Source: Bacteroidota bacterium
Lineage (GTDB): Bacteria > Bacteroidota > Rhodothermia > Rhodothermales > UBA10348
Length of the DNA stretch: 64,000 bases
NCBI GenBank assembly: GCA_029262775.1
Contig: JAJCYR010000091.1
Span: 26,080 to 90,079 of the forward strand
Reading direction: 5' to 3'
Shown piece after piece: positions 46,938 to 57,950 of this stretch. The position numbers and the translations under genes were made by a program. How positions within the stretch are numbered: the first letter of the stretch is position 1; each line of letters begins with the position of its first letter. Below the pieces are notes generated by a model. The model was given only the letters and a program-made list of their open reading frames with translations. It made no database searches and was not told the origin of the DNA.

Positions 46938-49900
46938 TTACGACTGCCGCTCGTCCCGCCACAACACGGCCACAACACGCTCGACGTATGCCATACTGGC
47001 CCCGGGATGGCGGCGCTGCAATTGCAGCGCCGCATCCGAGGCCGAGAGGGACTCCTCTCTGGAAATGAACCCGTTCTCTTCCAGATACGCACGGAGCTCT
47101 TCCCGCTTGTCCCCGTGAAAGTGCTTCACCTCTCCCGCTTCGAGCCCGTCGACGAGCGCCGCGGCCCGAAAATCTTTGTTCCGTGCCAAGTCCCATACCT
47201 CAGGTAGTTTGCGACGTGTCACGCCGGGAGCCGCCTCGAGGACATCGCGTGTCAACGGCCTACCGCGTCCGCGCTTCCACAGGGTCAGGGCGTCTTCCAG
47301 CACATCAATGCGCTCATACACCGCAGATCGATCGGCCTCCGAACCCGTGGCCTGGTGACCACCGCTTGCCAACACGCGGAACTGACCAATGGTTTGAACA
47401 CGGCGGACCAGAAGCCTGTATACGTCTTCTGCGCTGTCCAGCACATGCCAGATATGCACGGCCCCCACATCCTCTTCGTGCGGACGAATCCCGGGAACCC
47501 CCAGTACCTGCCCATAGGAATCATGGTCATGTCCCCTGGGTGCCGGAACTGCGGGCTGCGACTCATATCCCGTACGCGACGGAAGAGGGGCCGCTGATTT
47601 CGCCGTCCCCATGCGTACGGCGGCCAGATCCGTCACGCGTTCTTCAGCCGACCCGGGAAGCTTCTGTAGCATTTCCAGCCACTTCCCCACTTCATCCGAC
47701 TGTGCCGTGAAATAGAACAGCTGTCGTCCACGTGAGGCGAGCTCCATCAGCGCGCTGAGCACAGCCCGCGACCGCTCGTCGTCCGTCGTCCCCAGCGCCT
47801 CGTCGAGAATGAGCGGCAAGGCGGACGCCTCCTCCTGCTCCAGAAAGGCCATCCGAACGGCCATGAGTAGTTGGACCCGTTCCCCAACGGACAACTCAGC
47901 AACCGGACGTGCCCGCAGGGATCCATCCGTTTTGGCCAGAAATCGAGGTTCCTGTGACTCCAGGTCCAGATCCAATTCAAGCGCACCGGCCGTGAAGCCG
48001 GCCAGAAGATTCCGGGCACGCACAAAGACCTGCGGCAAGGTGCCCTGAACCGTCTGTTCACGGACGAAGCGGACGACTTCGCTTCCAATGATTGCCCGCT
48101 CATTTTGGGCTTTGGCGCTGTCCAGTGCGTCCTCGGCGACATCCCGCGCCGCGACGGCCCGGGCAACATCCTGGTCGCGGAGCGCCACACCAAGTTCGGC
48201 CTTGATCCTTTCCATGCGCTCTGTCAGTTCGTCATGGGACGCCGCCTGCTCCTCCAGATGCCTCTTCCGCCTGTCAAGCTCTGCTTCCTCCAACACGAGC
48301 AGCGACTCCACGTTCTCCTTCATATCATCGGGTGGCGGTGACGTACTCAACGCGCGCTCGGTCCGCTGCACGTCGTGTTCGGCCACGCGCTTCGCCTCGC
48401 TGGCCGCTATCCACGTATCGCGGAGTTCCAACAGTCTGGAAAGCCCGACATCATCCCCCGGCGAGAGTCCCACCCCAGCAAACAACTGAGCCATCTCGCC
48501 CTTGACCTCCTCCAGATCGGGTCGCCACTCCGTTTCCAATCGTCTCATAAAGGCAGTCCGTTCCTGCTGCGCCGTTTCGAGTTCCTGAATCCGGTTCTCC
48601 AGCAGGTCCAGTACCTCGCGGGCTGCCCCAGCGCTACCAGGGGCGGCGTCGATTCCAAGGGCATTGGTGAGTTCAACGAGGTCTCCCAACAGGCGATGCA
48701 GCTCTTTCCTGGATGATTCCTGGGCAGCCGCAGCCTTTGTCAGTTGTGCCTGCAGGTCTCCGTGCGCGACCAGATCTTCTGACAAGCGGATCAGCCAAAG
48801 CCCCTGTGCCATCAGGTCACCATCCTCGGCCGCGTCCTTCTCCGTCAGGGGCCACCCTATCTTCTGACCCAGTGCCGCCAATTCCGAAAGTGCACGTATG
48901 CGCTCTGCACGCCACGTCTTCCTGTCTTCTTCCCATCCCTGCATGCGCACATCGAGTGCATGTCCGTCCTCGGCAATACGTTCGCCCTTTGCCAGCTGCT
49001 CAGACAGGGCCTTATGGGTCTCGATAACGTCTTCTTTGGTCCAGGAGGCAGGTGCCGGAACACCAGTTTCGTTCCACAGGCGCTCGATGTCGGGCCGCCG
49101 GGTGATCTCCGGCGGCCTGCGCCCCTGCCGATAGAGATAGAACAGCACGGCGGCCAACACGGAAGCGAGAAGAAACGCGGGGCCAACAAAAAGGGCCGAG
49201 ACCACGCCTGTGACGACCGCCAGCACAGCAAGCGCCACAACCCATACGGCGGCGCGCTCGTGTGGACGGTCCGGTTCAGGCGCCCTGAGCCACGCCTCCA
49301 GCTGCCGGAGCGCCATTCGAAGGGCGTCGCCGGGCATCCCGCCACCAGTACGGATGTGCTCGTCCAGCTTCAAACGGGTCACCTCATGTGCCCGTCGCTG
49401 CTGTTCCAGTAGCGCGCCCTGGCCTTCGATGTTGATCCAGTCGCGGAACAGGCGGCCGAGCACACGCGCCATGTCCCGGGACAGCGACACCGTTGCCATC
49501 GCTCCCGCTGTATCACTCAGCCTGCTTTCGAGCACCTGAAGCGCGTCTTCTGCTTCGATCCTGGCTCTGCGATACTCATTCAAGTCACGCTCGCAGTCTT
49601 CCACCTGCTTTACGAGCGACTTCCAGTGCCCTCGGCGCGTGGCATCCACAGGATCACCCGCAAGAGCCTTTTCGGAAATCAGGCGATCAAGGCGCGCCAC
49701 GTCGTGCTCTGCCTTTTTGATTTTTTCGACCAGTCCGGACTCCCTGGACCGAAGATTCTGCAGTGCTTCCTGTTCGTTGCCGCGCAACAATCCAGCGGCT
49801 ACGGGAATTTCTTCCAGTGTGTTCATCGCCGCCTGCAGGGTCGATCGCGCACGCACTACAGCCAGGACCCGCTCCACGACAGCAGCTTCGGCGCGGGCAC

Positions 49901-50483
49901 GGTCTGCGTCCCGGCGCTCCGTCTCCAGTTGCGTGAGCGCCTGCCGGCTCTTTTCCAGACCGCGTGCACGTGCCCGGGCTTCTTCCAGAGCCTGCCGGGC
50001 TGCCTTCAATCCGGTCTTCAGTTTACGCGACTCCGTCGGATATGCGGCGAACCCGAGCGCTGTGGCTGCAGCATCCAGATCATGTCCCCCAAGACTTTCA
50101 CGCAACACACGGGCAGCGAACTCCGCGTCCGTCCCTGACTCCGACATGACCAGATCGTGCAGCGCCAACAGGTATCGGGGGCGCCTGTCCGGCGAGCCAA
50201 AGTCGGGCCGCCCCCCCTGGGGCCCATCGTGGACCGCGTATCCGGCCTCTATGCTTACATTCCACGGCGTCCCGTCTGCATCCAACCGGGCATCGAGAGT
50301 GGGCCGGTCAAGCTCTGTACTTCCCGGCCAGAGGGCTTCCTGCAGGGCCAGTGCAAGCGTTGATTTGCCGACGCCATTGGGTCCATGGATGACGTTGATG
50401 TCGGGTGCCAGATGCTCCACGTGGAGTGCAGCTCCGGTCCCCCGGAGCCGCCTCAGATGAATACTGTTAATGCGTACGCTCAT
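46938..50483 (-). CDS. SMC/Rad50-like ABC ATPase (YhaN-like)
   Basis: Walker A GPNGVGKST, long coiled coil, signature LSVGERVQ, Walker B LILDE; extra C-terminal region. Confidence 0.88.
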   Translation of the reverse strand: MSVRINSIHLRRLRGTGAALHVEHLAPDINVIHGPNGVGKSTLALALQEALWPGSTELDRPTLDARLDADGTPWNVSIEAGYAVHDGPQGGRPDFGSPDRRPRYLLALHDLVMSESGTDAEFAARVLRESLGGHDLDAAATALGFAAYPTESRKLKTGLKAARQALEEARARARGLEKSRQALTQLETERRDADRARAEAAVVERVLAVVRARSTLQAAMNTLEEIPVAAGLLRGNEQEALQNLRSRESGLVEKIKKAEHDVARLDRLISEKALAGDPVDATRRGHWKSLVKQVEDCERDLNEYRRARIEAEDALQVLESRLSDTAGAMATVSLSRDMARVLGRLFRDWINIEGQGALLEQQRRAHEVTRLKLDEHIRTGGGMPGDALRMALRQLEAWLRAPEPDRPHERAAVWVVALAVLAVVTGVVSALFVGPAFLLASVLAAVLFYLYRQGRRPPEITRRPDIERLWNETGVPAPASWTKEDVIETHKALSEQLAKGERIAEDGHALDVRMQGWEEDRKTWRAERIRALSELAALGQKIGWPLTEKDAAEDGDLMAQGLWLIRLSEDLVAHGDLQAQLTKAAAAQESSRKELHRLLGDLVELTNALGIDAAPGSAGAAREVLDLLENRIQELETAQQERTAFMRRLETEWRPDLEEVKGEMAQLFAGVGLSPGDDVGLSRLLELRDTWIAASEAKRVAEHDVQRTERALSTSPPPDDMKENVESLLVLEEAELDRRKRHLEEQAASHDELTERMERIKAELGVALRDQDVARAVAARDVAEDALDSAKAQNERAIIGSEVVRFVREQTVQGTLPQVFVRARNLLAGFTAGALELDLDLESQEPRFLAKTDGSLRARPVAELSVGERVQLLMAVRMAFLEQEEASALPLILDEALGTTDDERSRAVLSALMELASRGRQLFYFTAQSDEVGKWLEMLQKLPGSAEERVTDLAAVRMGTAKSAAPLPSRTGYESQPAVPAPRGHDHDSYGQVLGVPGIRPHEEDVGAVHIWHVLDSAEDVYRLLVRRVQTIGQFRVLASGGHQATGSEADRSAVYERIDVLEDALTLWKRGRGRPLTRDVLEAAPGVTRRKLPEVWDLARNKDFRAAALVDGLEAGEVKHFHGDKREELRAYLEENGFISREESLSASDAALQLQRRHPGASMAYVERVVAVLWRDERQS

Positions 50484-51718
50484 GACATCAGGCGGTCAAG
50501 CAGGTCGAGCGAAGTCTGCCGCACCGTCCGTGCTACGGTTGCATCATCGACATCATACGACATATCAGCGGCCCGGCGCGCCCGGCGAACGAGTGCCTGC
50601 ACGTCCGGAACGGCCGCGCCCGCCGGAAGGGCGGCGCCGTCGAGCGCCAGCACCAGCCGGGCCAGTTCGCCGGGCGCGCCGGGCCGTGATGCCAACTCCT
50701 CCAGGTTCAAATCGGGTGCCGTGTGGTCCTGCGTGCGATCGACCACGACTTCAAGACCATCCACGCTGTCCGTGAACTGGTCCAGCGCAGCCATTTCTTC
50801 GGGTATCACGTGCTTGAGCGGCGTGCGTCCGCGGAATACTGGACGCAGCGACGCCACACGTGCTTCCGGGTTGTCACTGGCCAGGGCCCGGGCGGTGCGC
50901 AGGAGCGCGGCCTGCGCATCGACCAGGAAATCCGTCCAGGACGACACGTCATATTCCGGCGCGGCATAGATGACGCTGGACAGGGGCACGTGCCGGGGCA
51001 TTTGCACGCGTCCGTTCGCGATTTCTATCAGCCAGGCACCATGCGGCCCCGTTTCACCCGGGTCAAGGGCCTGCAAAGAGCCCGGATAGAGCAGAAACGG
51101 CGGGCCCTCTTCGTAGAGCGGCGCGTGGATGTGTCCCAGCAGCCACCCGGCTACCGCGTGCTGGCCCAGCCGCTTCCGCGAGAGCGGTGCATAACGCGAA
51201 TCGCGCACATCCAGATCTCCGTGCACCATGGCAAGCACGGGAACGTGGGGATCGGCGGGCAGATCACGACGTTCGGTGGGATCGGTAGTGACCGTGCGCG
51301 ACGGGAACGACCATCCGTCGATATGCACCACGTCCCTGCCATCGCTATCCTTGAGCGTAACCCGCTCCCACGGCCCGTTGCGCCCGACGAGATGGAACCA
51401 GTTGGGGGACAAATCGGCGGTCAGGCGGGGAAACACGTCCCAGTCATGATTACCGGAAACGGCAAGGGTCCGAATACCCGCGTTCGCGAGTAGCTCCACG
51501 CCGGCACGGAATGCACCGGTAGTTTCCCAGAATGCGTTGCCGCTGTCAATTACATCGCCCGTCAGGCACACCGCGCTGACCGCTTCGGACACGGCTACGT
51601 CCACGGCGCGGTTCCAGGCAGCTGCAGACGTATGCGCAGGATCACCGGAGCGTGTCGCCGCGCCGAGGCGCGACGATGTCCGTCCCATGTGAATGTCACC
51701 GGTAACCAGAATTTTCAT
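50480..51718 (-). CDS. Mre11/SbcD-like metallophosphoesterase nuclease (YhaO-like)
   Basis: GDIHMG, GDVID, GNHD, HGD, LGHIH, YPGS. Confidence 0.92.
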   Translation of the reverse strand: MKILVTGDIHMGRTSSRLGAATRSGDPAHTSAAAWNRAVDVAVSEAVSAVCLTGDVIDSGNAFWETTGAFRAGVELLANAGIRTLAVSGNHDWDVFPRLTADLSPNWFHLVGRNGPWERVTLKDSDGRDVVHIDGWSFPSRTVTTDPTERRDLPADPHVPVLAMVHGDLDVRDSRYAPLSRKRLGQHAVAGWLLGHIHAPLYEEGPPFLLYPGSLQALDPGETGPHGAWLIEIANGRVQMPRHVPLSSVIYAAPEYDVSSWTDFLVDAQAALLRTARALASDNPEARVASLRPVFRGRTPLKHVIPEEMAALDQFTDSVDGLEVVVDRTQDHTAPDLNLEELASRPGAPGELARLVLALDGAALPAGAAVPDVQALVRRARRAADMSYDVDDATVARTVRQTSLDLLDRLMS

Positions 51719-52620
51719 GACGCAAAGATATCGAATCCGGTGTGCAGAACAGCTTCACGGTACATGTCAGACAATCGCTGCGTCATGGGGCCTGGCGCGC
51801 CGGTGCCGACAGGGCGCCCGTCGAGCCGGGTAATGGCTGCCAGCTCACCCATTGTACCCGAACAGAACATTTCGTCCGCGCGGTAGGCGTCGGTCGTTGA
51901 AAAATGATCTACGCGCGTCGGGATACCGACATCACGACACAGCTCGAGCACCGTAGCGCGGGTTATGCCCTCCGGACAGGCATCGGTCCTGGGAGTACAG
52001 ACCACTCCCCCCACGACGAGAAACACGTGCGTGGCATTGGCCTCGGCCAGAAATCCCTGCCTGTCCAGCATGAGCGCGGCGTCGGCGCCGGCCGCGTTGG
52101 CTTCTATTTTGGCGAGTATCGACGGCAAGAGGTTGTTATGATGGATTTTAGGGTCCAGGCAGTCGGGCGGAAACCGCCGGACGGACGATGTCACGAGGGT
52201 AAGACCACTTTTGTCATACACGGGCGCCTTCCACTCGGCAAGCACAATAAGAGTGGGTCCGGACTGGTTCAGACGCGGATCCATGCCAGACGTAACCTTT
52301 TCGCCCCTCGTAAGGGTCAAGCGGATGTGGACGCCATCCCGCATTTCATTGGCCTCCAACGTCTTGCGTATTTCTGTAACCAGTGCATCGAACGACGGAA
52401 TAGACGCGAATGCGAGCGCCTTCGCCGAACCCACCAGCCGTTCAAGGTGCTCCTTCAGCCGGAAAATCCGTCCTTCATACAGGCGCAGACCCTCCCACAC
52501 GGCGTCGCCTCCCTGCACCACCGAATCGAACGGACTGATACCCGCCAGGGCCCGCGTGTACATCACGCCATTGATATTCACAAGCAGGTCGGTATTGCGG
52601 GGATCGACGGTCTGGAGCAT
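51715..52620 (-). CDS. Aminotransferase class IV (branched-chain / D-amino acid type)
   Basis: GDAVWEGLR, HLERL, KIHHNNL, EANATH, GITR, ADEMFCSGT. Confidence 0.92.
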   Translation of the reverse strand: MLQTVDPRNTDLLVNINGVMYTRALAGISPFDSVVQGGDAVWEGLRLYEGRIFRLKEHLERLVGSAKALAFASIPSFDALVTEIRKTLEANEMRDGVHIRLTLTRGEKVTSGMDPRLNQSGPTLIVLAEWKAPVYDKSGLTLVTSSVRRFPPDCLDPKIHHNNLLPSILAKIEANAAGADAALMLDRQGFLAEANATHVFLVVGGVVCTPRTDACPEGITRATVLELCRDVGIPTRVDHFSTTDAYRADEMFCSGTMGELAAITRLDGRPVGTGAPGPMTQRLSDMYREAVLHTGFDIFAS

Positions 52621-52634
52621 GCAGCGCAGGGTTT

Positions 52635-54032
52635 TCAGTTCGTAGGTGAACGGGTGGTGCTTTCTGGCCCGTGGGGACCCGGCTCCCGGCCATCACGGCG
52701 ATCACGACCCCGTAGCCAGAACCAGGCAACCGGCAGCCCCGTGAGCACGAACGCCAGGTCGACCAGCGATTCGCGCCACTGGAAGACGGCGCGAAACAAC
52801 AGGAGTCCGACCACACCCACAAGATACAGGACGGGCAGCACCGGATAGAGAGGAATCCGGAAGACCTTGTGAGGCTCCCCGTCCGAACTGGTCTCGCCCA
52901 CTCCCTCGCGCCTGAACTTGAAAAGAGCAAGCGTCGTCATGGTGTAGAAGATCAGGATGGCGAAAATCATGCCGGCAGCAATGGACTCGAACGAACCCCG
53001 CACGACGAGCAGCACGCCGCCCCAGATGACATGCATTAGGATGGCACGCGTCGGCGTACGGAACCGCGGGTGTACATAATCCAGCGTCTTGAAGAAAAGA
53101 CCGTCACGCGCCATGGCGTAGTACACCCGGCTCGACGACAGCATCGTCCCGTTTATCGAGGATATGGCCGATACAATGGCCAGGAGCGCAATCACCGTCG
53201 CGCCCACAGATCCAATCATTTCCTGGGCCACGGCGGCCGCTGGGATGGTGGTCGCCCGGAGCGCATCCATCCCGAGTACGTGGTGATAGATCGTGATCAC
53301 ACTCACGTAAACGCCGATAACAATGCCGAGTCCGATGACCATGCTGCGCGGGATTACATCCCTCGGGTTCTTCATTTCCCCGGCCACGTACCCCACACGG
53401 TCGAAGCCGGTATGAGTGAACACGATGAGCATGAGCGCGGGAATCAGGTTGGGCAAAAATCCGTCGTCCTTCAGCGGCGCCGACACCGTGTCCAACTGGC
53501 TTTCCGATCCGGAGAGCAGGAACAGGAAAAGAACCGCGAAGAGGACAAGTCCACCTACTTTCATGACCGTTGTGACGCGCTGGAACAGCGCCGACCAACG
53601 CACGCCTACATAATTGAACACCCCCAGAAGGGCAATAATCGAAAGCCCCACAAGCGTATGCGAAAAACCCGTGAGCGGCACAAAGAACCCGATATAGTCG
53701 CTTGCCACGATCGCCAACCCGGCCGCCGGACTCGTCCGGATGATGATCAGCTGTGCCCAGCCAAAGAAGAAACCGGCCCAGTCCCCCCAGGCCCGCCGAA
53801 TGTAGGCATACTCTCCTCCCGTCGTGGGCATGCGGGTTCCGAGTTCGGCATACACAAGACCGCCCGTGAACACGAACGCTGACACCACGAGCCACGTTGT
53901 GAGCACCGCGGAGAATGACCCGAAATACCCAGCGATCAGGTACGGTGTCGAATAGATGCCGGACCCGATGGTGATCCCGATCAACAGAGCGACCCCATCG
54001 AACGTGGTCAGGCTTTTCTTCAGCGTCGTCAT
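52635..54032 (-). CDS. APC family amino acid permease
   Basis: IGSGIY, YAELG...TGGEYAY, AGEMKNP, SRVYYAMARDG, HPRFRTP. Confidence 0.93.
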   Translation of the reverse strand: MTTLKKSLTTFDGVALLIGITIGSGIYSTPYLIAGYFGSFSAVLTTWLVVSAFVFTGGLVYAELGTRMPTTGGEYAYIRRAWGDWAGFFFGWAQLIIIRTSPAAGLAIVASDYIGFFVPLTGFSHTLVGLSIIALLGVFNYVGVRWSALFQRVTTVMKVGGLVLFAVLFLFLLSGSESQLDTVSAPLKDDGFLPNLIPALMLIVFTHTGFDRVGYVAGEMKNPRDVIPRSMVIGLGIVIGVYVSVITIYHHVLGMDALRATTIPAAAVAQEMIGSVGATVIALLAIVSAISSINGTMLSSSRVYYAMARDGLFFKTLDYVHPRFRTPTRAILMHVIWGGVLLVVRGSFESIAAGMIFAILIFYTMTTLALFKFRREGVGETSSDGEPHKVFRIPLYPVLPVLYLVGVVGLLLFRAVFQWRESLVDLAFVLTGLPVAWFWLRGRDRRDGREPGPHGPESTTRSPTN

Positions 54033-54131
54033 GGGGGTGGCGGACCGGATGGGCGTAATAAGGACAAGTAATAAGGACAACAGGTACTGGGCACAAATGG
54101 GCGCTCCATGATACATTGCAATACATCATCC

Positions 54132-55475
54132 ATGCATCCTGCTGTCATGCAAAAACCCCCGCCTGCCCTCACGTCCTTCCTGGCGACACCCTTCCCGGCA
54201 CTACCTGTACTGGCGATAATCGCCCTGGTGCTGATCGCACCCCCTGGCGCCACCGCCCAGAATCTCACCGTCCGCGCCGGACACCTCGTCGATGTGGAAG
54301 GCGGGTCTGTCCTGCGCGACCAGGAGATCGTCGTCCGGGACGGCGTCATTGAGCGGATAGGCCCGTGGCGCGGCGGTGTGGGCCATGCGCCTGAAGACAG
54401 CGTGCTGGACCTCAGCGACCGCTACGTCATGCCTGGCCTGTTTGATACGCACACGCACATGTCCCTGGTCGTGGATCGCAAAAAAGACGGCGGCAACTTC
54501 TTCGTGACATCGCTCCTCGACAATACACCCTACCGGGCCATCCAGGGCGTGGCGAATGCCCGCGACATGCTGGCAGCTGGCTTCACGACCATTCGGGACG
54601 TCGGCAACAGTGGTAATTATGGCGATACGGCGCTCAAGACGGCCATAGCGGAAGGCCTCGTGCCCGGCCCCACCATGCACACCGCCGGGCGCATTATTGC
54701 GCCATTCGGAGGCCAGTTCTTCCTGCAACCCGAGAAGAAATCTCTCGGCGAACCCGAGTATTTCTACGCCGACACGCCTGGTGAAATCGTGAAGGCTGTG
54801 CGCGAAAATCTACATTTCGGAGCCGATTTCATCAAAATAGTAGTCGACGACCAGCGCTACATCTATTCTGTCGATGAAATCAGGCTCTTCGTGGAAGAAG
54901 CGCGCCGCGCCGGCACGTACGTCTCGGCGCACTGCTGGACCGAAGAGGGCGCCCGCAACGCCATCGCCGCGGGCGTGCACACGATCGAACACGGCCCGTA
55001 CATGTCCAATGAGGTGCTCGAAGCCGCCAAGGCAGCCGGTGTCTGGATTGTAGGCACCGAGTTCACTGTCGAGGGCCTGTCACAATCATTCACCGGCGAC
55101 GATTTATCGGCTATTGAAGCGGAACACGAGGCCTTCGTGGACCGACTTCGCCGATCCCATGCCCTCGGAGTACGGTACGTTTTCGGATCGGACATTGTGT
55201 ACACCAAGGAAGGCGAGACGCGCAGTTCGTTGACCTTTACTATTCTGGAAAACTTCCGAAAGGCCGGTATTTCCCCAGCCGATCAGCTTCGCGCCATGAC
55301 GCTGAACGCCTCGCTCATGATGGGTCTGGAGGGGGAGCGCGGACTGATCAAAAAGGGATGGGCGGCCGACATTGTGGCCATGCCGTCCAACCCGCTGGTG
55401 GACACGCACGCCCTCGAAGCCATTGACGTCGTCCTGAAGAACGGACGCCTGTTCCGAACAGCCGGGGGAATATAG
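54132..55475 (+). CDS. Secreted amidohydrolase family protein (paralog of 12416..13741)
   Basis: PGLFDTHTH, FIKI, SAHC, TIEHG, FGSD; start uncertain. Confidence 0.88.
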   Translation: MHPAVMQKPPPALTSFLATPFPALPVLAIIALVLIAPPGATAQNLTVRAGHLVDVEGGSVLRDQEIVVRDGVIERIGPWRGGVGHAPEDSVLDLSDRYVMPGLFDTHTHMSLVVDRKKDGGNFFVTSLLDNTPYRAIQGVANARDMLAAGFTTIRDVGNSGNYGDTALKTAIAEGLVPGPTMHTAGRIIAPFGGQFFLQPEKKSLGEPEYFYADTPGEIVKAVRENLHFGADFIKIVVDDQRYIYSVDEIRLFVEEARRAGTYVSAHCWTEEGARNAIAAGVHTIEHGPYMSNEVLEAAKAAGVWIVGTEFTVEGLSQSFTGDDLSAIEAEHEAFVDRLRRSHALGVRYVFGSDIVYTKEGETRSSLTFTILENFRKAGISPADQLRAMTLNASLMMGLEGERGLIKKGWAADIVAMPSNPLVDTHALEAIDVVLKNGRLFRTAGGI

Positions 55476-55482
55476 ACAGGCC

Positions 55483-56301
55483 CTACAATCGTGGTGCCGA
55501 GACTTCCCTGAGAAAGTGGAAATGATCCGTTGGTCCATGTCCCGCCCCGATGGACAAGCCAGCACGGATGGCCTTGGTCACGTAGAGTTTGGCCCTCGCC
55601 ACCGCCGCGTTCAGGGCCATTCCCTGCGCCAGGTTTGCGGCAATGGCCGATGCGTACGTACAACCGGTCCCATGCGTGTTTTTCGTGTGGATGCGCTCCT
55701 CGCGATATACCCGGAAATCCCGCCCATCATAGAGCACGTCAATGGCGTAGGTTTCATCTTCCAGATGCCCACCCTTGAGCAGCACGGCGCGTGGACCCAT
55801 TTCATGGATGATACAGGCCGCCCGGCGGGCATCAGTCTCGGTCCGGATGGATGACATGCCGGTAAGACGCATGGCTTCCTGGACGTTGGGCGTGCAGACC
55901 ATTGCCAGAGGCAACATCCGGTCCCTGAGGGCCGTCATGGCGTGGGGATGGAGCAGGTCAAAACCGCTCTTCGAAATCATGACCGGATCCACAACGAGGT
56001 TCCCGACGCCGTAGTGGGCCAGGCGTTCGGCGACCACCTCGATAATTGCCACCGAAGACAGCATCCCGGTCTTCACGGCGCGAACCGGTAAATCCTCCAT
56101 GACGGCATCGATCTGCGCGGCAATGATATCCACAGGCAGGTCCATGGCCTGCGTGACCGCCACGGTATTCTGCGCGGTGATGGCCGTAATGACCGATGCG
56201 GCATAAACACCGTTGGCCTGCATGCTTTTGATATCGGCCTGGATTCCGGCTCCACCGCCGGAATCACTGCCGGCAATGGTAAGTGCAACGGCTGGCGTCA
56301 T
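55483..56301 (-). CDS. thiD: Hydroxymethylpyrimidine / phosphomethylpyrimidine kinase
   Basis: [42 protein letters not shown]. Confidence 0.96.
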   Translation of the reverse strand: MTPAVALTIAGSDSGGGAGIQADIKSMQANGVYAASVITAITAQNTVAVTQAMDLPVDIIAAQIDAVMEDLPVRAVKTGMLSSVAIIEVVAERLAHYGVGNLVVDPVMISKSGFDLLHPHAMTALRDRMLPLAMVCTPNVQEAMRLTGMSSIRTETDARRAACIIHEMGPRAVLLKGGHLEDETYAIDVLYDGRDFRVYREERIHTKNTHGTGCTYASAIAANLAQGMALNAAVARAKLYVTKAIRAGLSIGAGHGPTDHFHFLREVSAPRL

Positions 56302-56314
56302 GGTATGCAGGATA

Positions 56315-56935
56315 TCAGGTTTCAAGGGCGGTGAGATAGCGGGAGACCGTATCGGTGTGTTCAATGTTCCGTAGCAGACCGGAGTGCGCCGCCACACCGT
56401 GGGCGCCCGCGCGCAGACAATCGGCCACCCGCTCCGGGGTAATCCCACCAAGGGCGATCACGGGAATCTCGGATACGGCCTGGCAGACCTTTGCCAGAAT
56501 ATCCACGCCCCACCCTTTCTGTCCGGGATGACTGGGCGACTCGAACACAGGGCTGAACGTGACATATTTCGCGCCATCCCGGAATGCGTCCACCGCCTCG
56601 AACCGGGAATGCACCGACGTGCCCACCAGGTGCTCGTCTCCCAGCACATTCACGGCCTCGGTTGTTGAAACCCCATGGAAACCCGTATGCAGGGGCAGGT
56701 TCAGGGCTTCGGCACGGGTCAGGCGGGAGTTCATGGATATGAGCACGTCGGGATTGATCCGGTACAGATCCCGAAGGAGGGCACCCGTGGCAAATTCAAT
56801 GGCATCCATCGACGCCTCATGATCCCGGAGTTGCACCCAGGGTACGCCCCGCTGAACCGCCATTCGAATCCGGTGCGCCACGTCTTCGCGCGTGAAGCGG
56901 TCGGCAATCAGGAGGAGTCTGGGCAGCGTTTTCAT
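56315..56935 (-). CDS. thiE: Thiamine phosphate synthase / TenI-like protein
   Basis: [28 protein letters not shown]; inside the thi operon; ThiE versus TenI not resolved. Confidence 0.75.
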   Translation of the reverse strand: MKTLPRLLLIADRFTREDVAHRIRMAVQRGVPWVQLRDHEASMDAIEFATGALLRDLYRINPDVLISMNSRLTRAEALNLPLHTGFHGVSTTEAVNVLGDEHLVGTSVHSRFEAVDAFRDGAKYVTFSPVFESPSHPGQKGWGVDILAKVCQAVSEIPVIALGGITPERVADCLRAGAHGVAAHSGLLRNIEHTDTVSRYLTALET

Positions 56936-57735
56936 GTCGGCGTGGCTTCAATGCGACCTTCGAGCGGCGAAGAGGCCTGGGCGTAGCCGCGCCGCGGAAT
57001 GCGGCCTGCCCGCCACGCCAAACGCCCAGCCTCAACGGCAAACCGCATGGCCGTCGCCATTTGGACAGGATGTTTGGCCTGTGATACGGCCGTATTCAGC
57101 AGAATCCCATCGTACCCGAGTTCCATGGCGTGCGCGGCGTCACTGGCGGTCCCGATGCCCGCATCGACCAGAAGAGGAATATCCGGAAGAAATTCGCGGA
57201 TGAGTGCCAGGTTGAACGGATTTGTGAGCCCCATGCCGCTGCCAATGGGAGAGGCAAGGGGCATGACGGCGGCGCACCCCATATCGGCCAGCTTCCGGCA
57301 CGTAACCGGATCATCATTGGAATATGCCATGACCGTGAACCCGGAATCGATCAGGGTCCGTGCGGCTTGGAGGAGCTGCTCCACATCGGGCATAAGGGTC
57401 TCGTCGTCTCCAATCACCTCGAGCTTGATGAGGTTGGTTTCCAGCGCTTCGCGCGCCAGTTCAGCGACGAGAACCGCTTCTCGGGCGGTGTAGCACCCTG
57501 CCGTGTTTGGAAGCAGATGGATCGGAAGCGAGCGAAGCATGCCAAGCAGACTCTCCCCGGATGTGTCTCCGAGGTTCACGCGCCGAATGGCCACCGTGAG
57601 CAGCTCGCTACCGGATGCCTCGACAGCTTCCATCATGACCTGCGGGCTCGGATATCCGCTGGATCCGATGAGCAGTCTCGACCGGAGTCGCAGGCCGCCG
57701 ACTTCAAACTGGTCTTCCTGTTCCATAACGCTCAT
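56932..57735 (-). CDS. thiG: Thiazole synthase
   Basis: [43 protein letters not shown]. Confidence 0.97.
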   Translation of the reverse strand: MSVMEQEDQFEVGGLRLRSRLLIGSSGYPSPQVMMEAVEASGSELLTVAIRRVNLGDTSGESLLGMLRSLPIHLLPNTAGCYTAREAVLVAELAREALETNLIKLEVIGDDETLMPDVEQLLQAARTLIDSGFTVMAYSNDDPVTCRKLADMGCAAVMPLASPIGSGMGLTNPFNLALIREFLPDIPLLVDAGIGTASDAAHAMELGYDGILLNTAVSQAKHPVQMATAMRFAVEAGRLAWRAGRIPRRGYAQASSPLEGRIEATPT

Positions 57736-57950
57736 CCGCCTTGCTGTGCAGTGACAATTTCGACCCGGTCGCCGTGGTTCACAAGTGCCCCGGACCACTC
57801 ATTCCTGCGAATTACGGTATTATTGAGCGCAACAGCAACTCCCCGGACCGTCTCCGGATCGAGACCTTCCGCTCGAACGAGGCCCGAAATGGTCATCCCG
57901 GTCCCCAGTGCGCGTTCCTCTCCGTTGACAAAACAGTGGCGTGCTCTCAT
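57732..57950 (-). CDS. thiS: Sulfur carrier protein ThiS
   Basis: VNGE...VAVALN...GDRVEIV, C-terminal GG; ATGA-coupled on both sides. Confidence 0.92.
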   Translation of the reverse strand: MRARHCFVNGEERALGTGMTISGLVRAEGLDPETVRGVAVALNNTVIRRNEWSGALVNHGDRVEIVTAQQGG

